From: an uncultured Bacteroidales bacterium
Lineage (GTDB): Bacteria > Bacteroidota > Bacteroidia > Bacteroidales > VadinHA17
Direction of reading: 5' to 3'
Length of the DNA: 64,000 nucleotides
NCBI GenBank assembly: GCA_963698535.1
Contig: CAVORD010000001.1
Span: 1,895,823-1,959,822, forward strand
The stretch's first letter is position 1. Each line of letters begins with the position of its first letter. A program made the position numbers and the translations under genes. The notes beneath the pieces were generated by a model. The model ran no database searches and was not told the DNA's origin. It saw nothing but the letters and a program-made list of their open reading frames with translations. Of this stretch, positions 59,264-64,000 are shown piece by piece.

Positions 59264-59471
59264 TGCTCCGTAGCTCAAAGAGCGAAGGAGTACCATATAA
59301 TAGTTATCAAAAACTCAAAAGAACAATTCTGCCTCCCGCCCCGCGGATTACCTTGTCCCGTTTTACCGGGTCCTGGCAAACTTAACGTTCGAGGTGCAAA
59401 AATAACAAAAATCGGATAATAACAAGTCACAATTGATTGTTACAGATAATTACCGGGACAGGACCCTGATC

Positions 59472-59880
59472 CTACTTCTCCACAATGGTTAGACAATAAC
59501 AGGTTTCTCCGGCATACACATCTATCCAGTACTCCTTGCCTCCTTTCTTTAGCGTGAGTGTCGACTGGTTGCCGCCAAACTCATAAACCACTCTGCCTCC
59601 GGCACTCTTTATCATGCTTGCATGACTCTCAAGCACCTTCGAGGGAACAGTCTTTGTCGTCGACTCATAGTAGATGTAGGTCAAGACTACCCTCCACTTT
59701 GCTCGTAACATTGAGGCCGGTTTTAAACGCATGCTCACCGGGATCCTCATTGTAATAGTCGGTTATCGTGTAGCCTTTCATCCGACCAAACAGAACGTGA
59801 TCTTTACTTCCTTCCATGTCCTGTGCCCTGAGCACTAAGGGAAGAAAAATAACCAGCATAAAAATGATTGATCTTTTCAT
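59472..59880 (-). pseudogene. small secreted protein, split by one +1 frameshift (about 59690)
   Basis: ORF 59665-59880 has a signal peptide and ...GLNVTSKVEG. ORF 59472-59750 continues in the +1 frame as ...VVLTYIYYESTTK.... The junction lies at a GGG run. Confidence 0.55.
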
Positions 59881-59987
59881 GACTCAATTATTATGTAACA
59901 AGTAGCGTATACCTGACATAAATTTATGCAAAAAAAAGATGACCAAATGAATCTTTGATCATCTTTTAATGTGATAATATAACTGAC

Positions 59988-60338
59988 TTATCTGGTGATG
60001 GATACAGATACCGATCCTATCTTACCGCCCATGGGTGGGTTCATTTTTCTTATCTTTACTGTCGCCTTGCCTATACCAGGCATCTCACGGTGAAGTGAGT
60101 CAAGAATACGAGATGCAACATGTTCAAGAAGCTTCGAGGTTACTTTCATCTCATTGCTTACTACCCGGTAGGCAATCTGATAATCGGCAGCATCAGATAG
60201 TGCGTCGGAGAGAGCAGCCTTATCAGTGTCGGTCTCAAATTCCAGGTCAACAATGAACTTGTTGCCGGTGAGCTGCTCCTCCGCGAAATGGCCGTGCAGC
60301 GACTGAAACTCCATTCCTTCTATCCTTATTGTTCCCAT
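59988..60338 (-). CDS. folB: dihydroneopterin aldolase
   Basis: ATG 60338 gives MGTIRIEGMEFQSLHGHFAEEQLTGNKF..., about 116 aa. Confidence 0.85.
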   Translation of the reverse strand: MGTIRIEGMEFQSLHGHFAEEQLTGNKFIVDLEFETDTDKAALSDALSDAADYQIAYRVVSNEMKVTSKLLEHVASRILDSLHREMPGIGKATVKIRKMNPPMGGKIGSVSVSITR

Positions 60339-60466
60339 AAGTATTGAAAATAAAAGACTAAAGTACTTAAAGTGAGCCAAAGTTTAAAAAGTAAAAGGCT
60401 CCGTCCTCCGACATTGTCAGACGTAGCTTTAGCAAAATCTGAAGTTTTAACGAAGGAGGATTGCAA

Positions 60467-60539
60467 GTCGGAGATCCTGACCGACTGGAAGGAGTCGAAG
60501 ATCCTGACCGAGCTATGCGAGCGTCAGGGCGTCAGGGTT
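60467..60539 (+). repeat. left copy of a 73-bp perfect direct repeat
   Basis: Identical to 61529-61601. Contains hairpins GTCGG..CCGAC and CCTGAC..GTCAGG, a duplicated GATCCTGACCGA, and tandem GCGTCAGGG x2. Confidence 0.9.
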
Positions 60540-60643
60540 ACAGGTTGTAAGTTTAAAATGAAGGTTAAATAATTAAAATCTTTAAATATTTGGTTTATAT
60601 TATAAAGTAGTTTATATTTGCAAAGTGTTTAATAACTATTTCA

Positions 60644-61228
60644 ATGGAAAAAGATAATCTGACAAACGAAGAGAGCCTTAAGATCATTACAAGCATGATC
60701 AATCAGGCAAAAGTGAATGTAAGAAACAGCAGTTTTCATCTGCTATTCTGGGGATGGCTCATATTCATATGCAGCTTATCCGATTATATCCTCTACCAGT
60801 TTTTTGACTATACCAATTCATATTATGTCTGGCTATTCGTTGTCCCCGGTATCTTTGTATCAATGATATATGGATTCAGGAACGGACGCAAGAGCAGGAT
60901 ATCTACGTATGCCGACGGTTTGTATATGTGGCTATGGATCGCTTTTATGATAACAGCCATAATCCTTTTTGTCCTTATGATAGACCGTCCTCAGGCATTT
61001 GGTCCATTTATGCTTTTGCTTGCCGGCTTTCCAACATTTATGTCGGGCATAATCCTGAAGTTCAAACCACTGGTTATCGGAGGGCTTATTTTTTGGCTGC
61101 TGAGTCTCATTTCCGGCTTCCTTAGTCCGGAGATTGCCCCTCTTGCAATGCCCGTTGCTGTGATCACCGGTTATCTCGTTCCCGGATATCTTCTTAAAAT
61201 AAGAAATGGCCATGGCGACATTCAATGA
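60644..61228 (+). CDS. hypothetical integral membrane protein (about 5 TM)
   Basis: 194-aa hydrophobic ORF. Its 3' end overlaps the downstream wHTH gene by 23 nt. Confidence 0.6.
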   Translation: MEKDNLTNEESLKIITSMINQAKVNVRNSSFHLLFWGWLIFICSLSDYILYQFFDYTNSYYVWLFVVPGIFVSMIYGFRNGRKSRISTYADGLYMWLWIAFMITAIILFVLMIDRPQAFGPFMLLLAGFPTFMSGIILKFKPLVIGGLIFWLLSLISGFLSPEIAPLAMPVAVITGYLVPGYLLKIRNGHGDIQ

Positions 61229-61508
61229 TCTTGATCCCCTCCTCCACTCGCAGCTTAGACTTGCCATTATCTCTATCCTGGCAGGAGCGGAGGTGGCGGA
61301 TTTCACCTACATACAGGATAAAACCTCCGCAACAGCAGGTAATCTGAGCGTACAGATAAGCAAACTGAAGGATGCAGGCTATATTTCCGTGGAGAAGAAA
61401 TTCAGGGGCAACTATCCGGTTACCCTTTGCCACATCACACCTCTTGGGATGCAGAAATTCAGGGAGTATGTAGATGCGCTGAAGGATTATCTGAAGACGG
61501 GAGAGTAA
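61206..61508 (+). CDS. small winged-helix (HTH_34/MarR-like) transcriptional regulator
   Basis: 100 aa. Carries LHSQLRLAIISILA...ADFTYIQDKTSATAGNLSVQISKLKDAGYISVEK. Confidence 0.75.
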   Translation: MAMATFNDLDPLLHSQLRLAIISILAGAEVADFTYIQDKTSATAGNLSVQISKLKDAGYISVEKKFRGNYPVTLCHITPLGMQKFREYVDALKDYLKTGE

Positions 61509-61528
61509 GAGGCATTGTCAAGTTGCAG

Positions 61529-61601
61529 GTCGGAGATCCTGACCGACTGGAAGGAGTCGAAGATCCTGACCGAGCTATGCGAGCGTCAGGGCGTCAGGGT
61601 T
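61529..61601 (+). repeat. right copy of the 73-bp perfect direct repeat
   Basis: Identical to 60467-60539. Flanking similarity (TTGCAR before, ACAGGTTGYARGTT after) extends the element to about 95 bp. Confidence 0.9.
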
Positions 61602-61756
61602 GCAGGTCACAGGTTGCAGGTTATTATGTGAGAAGGTAATGGATTTTGGGGAAATTCTTTAAAAACTTAAGGACGGCAGTTACAATTCCCCTCCGGATCT
61701 GTTACTGCCTGGCCTGAGATTTTCCTGAATAAAATTAAATCAACTAAACACAAAAC

Positions 61757-61789
61757 AACTTGCAACCTGCAACTTGCAACCTGCAACTT
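61757..61789. repeat. AACTTGCAACCTGC tandem micro-repeat, inverted relative to the GCAGGT/CAGGTTGCAGGTT run at 61598-61622
   Basis: AACTTGCAACCTGCAACTTGCAACCTGCAAC. Its reverse complement matches the GTTGCAGGTT motif that ends the right 73-bp repeat. Confidence 0.7.
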
Positions 61790-61837
61790 TCTTTTGTTCC
61801 TTTTTCCTGCTACTTTTGTATTCTTATCAAATAACGT

Positions 61838-63535
61838 ATGAACAACGAATCAACAAAAGAGGGAGCAGGGGCACCGGTCAATTTTATTGAACAGATAATT
61901 ATTGACGATCTTAAGGAGGGAAAGAATGGAGGGACTCTAGTTACCCGATTCCCGCCGGAACCAAACGGATACCTCCATATTGGTCATGCCAAGGCTATAT
62001 GCCTCGATTTCGGAATGGCCCAAAAACACGGTGGTAAATGCAATCTTCGTTTCGATGATACCAATCCGGAAAAAGAAGACGTTGAGTATGTTGACTCAAT
62101 AAAAGAAGATATTAACTGGCTGGGATTCACCTGGGACGATCGTGAGTTTTATGCCTCCGACTACTTCGGGCGACTGTTTGAATTCGCCGTTGAACTTATA
62201 AACAAAGGAGCAGCATATGTCGATGATCAGCCGGCAGAAGAGATCTCCAGACAGAAAGGCACACCGGATAAGCCGGGGATTGAAAGTCCCTACCGCGAAC
62301 GCCCTGCAGGGGAAAGTCTCGATCTATTCATGAGAATGAATGCCGGTGAATTCAAGGAGGGAAGCCGTGTTTTAAGGGCTAAGGTCGATATGAGATCACC
62401 TAACATGCACATGCGTGATCCGATTATTTACCGCATCCTCGACACACCTCATCACCGTACAGGAACGAAATGGAAGGTATACCCCATGTACGATTTTGCC
62501 CACGGGCAGTCCGATTTTTTTGAAGGTGTGACACACTCTCTTTGTACTCTCGAATTCGAAGTTCACCGTCCGCTATACGACTGGTTCGTCGACCATCTTA
62601 AGGATAGTGACTACAGACCACGCCAGATCGAATTCAACAGGCTTAACCTGACATACACTGTTATGAGCAAGAGGAAACTCCTCGAACTTGTAAAAGGGAA
62701 ACTGGTAACCGGATGGGATGATCCGCGCATGCCTACACTGTGCGGATTGAGACGAAGAGGCTTCACCCCTGAGTCGATAAGAAATTTTGTGGACCTTATC
62801 GGTTATACCAAGGTTGAAGCAATTAACGATATCTCTCTGCTTGAATATGCAGTAAGAGAGGACCTTAATAAAAAAGCCCCCAGGGTTTTTGGGGTACTTG
62901 ATCCCGTTAAGCTCATTATAACTAATTATCCTGAAGGCAAAAGCGAGGAGGTTGAGATAATAAATAATCCTGAGGATGAATCGATGGGATCACGTATGGT
63001 TCCGTTCAGCAGGGAGATCTTCATTGAAAGAGATGATTTCATGGTCAGCCCGCCCCCTAAATATTTCAGGCTCTTCCCCGGTGGTGAAGTGAGGTTGAAA
63101 GGAGCATATATAATAAGGTGTACCGATGTTATAACAGACAGTACAAGCGGTGAGGTTTCGGAGATACACTGCACCTACGATCCGGAAACTATCAGCGGCG
63201 GACCCAATTCAGGCAAGAAGGTAAAGGGAACCCTGCACTGGGTTTCGGCACTTCATGCCGTTAATGCTGAAGTGAGGCTGTACGACAGATTGTTTAGTTG
63301 TGAGGACCCGCTGGATGACAGGGATGCCGATTACAAAGATTTTCTCAATCCGGAATCATTGAAGGTGCTGAATAACTGCAAGCTGGAGCCGTCACTGGCT
63401 AATGCCAACCCTCTTTTTGGTTATCAGTTCCAGCGTCTGGGATACTTCTGTGCCGACCCCGATTCAACAGCTGAAAAACCTGTTTTCAACAGAACCGTTT
63501 CTTTGAAGGATACCTGGTCGAAGATGAGCAAGTAA
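61838..63535 (+). CDS. glnS: glutamine--tRNA ligase
   Basis: Class I motifs HIGHAKA and VMSKRKL. 565 aa. Confidence 0.95.
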   Translation: MNNESTKEGAGAPVNFIEQIIIDDLKEGKNGGTLVTRFPPEPNGYLHIGHAKAICLDFGMAQKHGGKCNLRFDDTNPEKEDVEYVDSIKEDINWLGFTWDDREFYASDYFGRLFEFAVELINKGAAYVDDQPAEEISRQKGTPDKPGIESPYRERPAGESLDLFMRMNAGEFKEGSRVLRAKVDMRSPNMHMRDPIIYRILDTPHHRTGTKWKVYPMYDFAHGQSDFFEGVTHSLCTLEFEVHRPLYDWFVDHLKDSDYRPRQIEFNRLNLTYTVMSKRKLLELVKGKLVTGWDDPRMPTLCGLRRRGFTPESIRNFVDLIGYTKVEAINDISLLEYAVREDLNKKAPRVFGVLDPVKLIITNYPEGKSEEVEIINNPEDESMGSRMVPFSREIFIERDDFMVSPPPKYFRLFPGGEVRLKGAYIIRCTDVITDSTSGEVSEIHCTYDPETISGGPNSGKKVKGTLHWVSALHAVNAEVRLYDRLFSCEDPLDDRDADYKDFLNPESLKVLNNCKLEPSLANANPLFGYQFQRLGYFCADPDSTAEKPVFNRTVSLKDTWSKMSK

Positions 63536-63612
63536 CAAAAATTGCATCTGGCACTCTTTTTGTGGCTTTTATCTGTGTCGTTAATTTTTTGTTTAACCTA
63601 AAACCCGGCGAA

Positions 63613-64000
63613 ATGAAACGATCTCTCATTTTCTTCCGAATAATATTGGTTTCCCTTGCCGTTATGGCGATCTCCGCATGTGAGAAAACCGACATTAAAG
63701 ATAATCGCGACGGTGTGGCCGAGTTCTCAATGAACATGCAGGCCGATGCCTCTTCTCTTAAGTCGGCCATGGCTTCCGACAGTACAAAACTTTCATTCCA
63801 GATACTTCTTTCTGTAGAGGATATGCAGGGTAAGCCCGTTCTTACCGATGAGATGATTCCCCTCTATGCGTTCGGATCAGGATTCATAAGTGAAAGCGTC
63901 AAGCTCCTTCCTGGAGAATACAATCTTACCAAATTCATTGTTATAGATCCTTCCGGTGTTGCCGTATTTGCCTCTCCTTTGAAGGATTCTCCTCTTGCCT
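63613..64000 (+). CDS. hypothetical lipoprotein, 5' part (runs off the window)
   Basis: ATG 63613 gives MKRSLIFFRIILVSLAVMAISACEKTD (lipobox). The frame stays open to nt 64000. Not in the ORF track because no stop is reached. Confidence 0.55.
   Translation, partial: MKRSLIFFRIILVSLAVMAISACEKTDIKDNRDGVAEFSMNMQADASSLKSAMASDSTKLSFQILLSVEDMQGKPVLTDEMIPLYAFGSGFISESVKLLPGEYNLTKFIVIDPSGVAVFASPLKDSPLA

Noticed and set aside
58695-59419. ORFs of 71-106 aa overlapping the tRNA-Cys gene and the 177-bp repeats (58695-58910, 58718-58975, 59099-59419, 59134-59385).
   Set aside because: They overlap a tRNA. Although 177 is a multiple of 3, the equivalent frame is not open in the sister unit. Their composition is Arg/Ser/Pro-rich noise.
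60372-61639. ORFs 60372-60572 and 61427-61639 that read through the 73-bp repeats.
   Set aside because: The identical repeat is read in different frames in the two ORFs, and neither has a plausible start context. The repeat is non-coding.
61509-61837. T-box or glutamine-responsive leader upstream of glnS.
   Set aside because: No specifier or T-box consensus is visible, and this regulatory class is not expected in this lineage. The region is dominated by the repeat elements instead.
1-64000. Uniform sequencing or assembly indel error as the sole explanation of all the frameshifts.
   Set aside because: The hits are strongly clustered: 6 in one 1.1-kb gene, 3 plus a nonsense codon in a 0.4-kb gene, and none in more than 20 kb of long core genes. 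Several junctions lack homopolymers. Error cannot be excluded for single-hit cases such as mutL without reads.

Overview
This is a Bacteroidota-type chromosomal segment. Markers include a SusC/SusD pair, a T9SS C-terminal sorting domain, an S46 dipeptidyl-peptidase, a membrane pyrophosphatase, methylmalonyl-CoA mutase, ribosomal protein S16 with a long acidic tail, and AT-rich leaders without Shine-Dalgarno sites. I count about 55 protein genes, mostly housekeeping: mutL, dapD, rimM-rpsP, dnaE, trxA, ribD, prmC, recX, MCM small/large subunit genes, prfB, rnhB, folB, glnS. There is one tRNA-Cys. Four things stand out. (1) Gene decay is heavy and clustered: at least 8 genes are broken by about 15 frameshifts (14 in the +1 direction), one nonsense codon and one truncation. 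mutL itself is among them, while every long core gene is intact. (2) A secreted TPR/Ig-repeat/caspase-like (C14) gene sits 2 nt upstream of a periplasmic beta-propeller/Y_Y_Y sensor fused to a PP2C (SpoIIE) phosphatase. (3) The tRNA-Cys locus sits inside tRNA-derived repeats: two 99%-identical 177-bp tandem units plus a 120-nt rod-like hairpin. (4) Perfect 73-bp direct repeats bracket a two-gene membrane-protein/winged-helix cassette next to (GCAGGTT)-type inverted micro-repeats. Other items include a CarH-like MerR/B12 regulator beside a 3x12-bp direct-repeat array and an unlisted 59-aa AbrB-like ORF, a collagen-like/C1q-like secreted protein with a T9SS partner, a LicD/nucleotidyltransferase/TagF-like trio, and a solitary RAYT-type transposase. 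All functional calls come from motif recognition by eye; no database search was possible.
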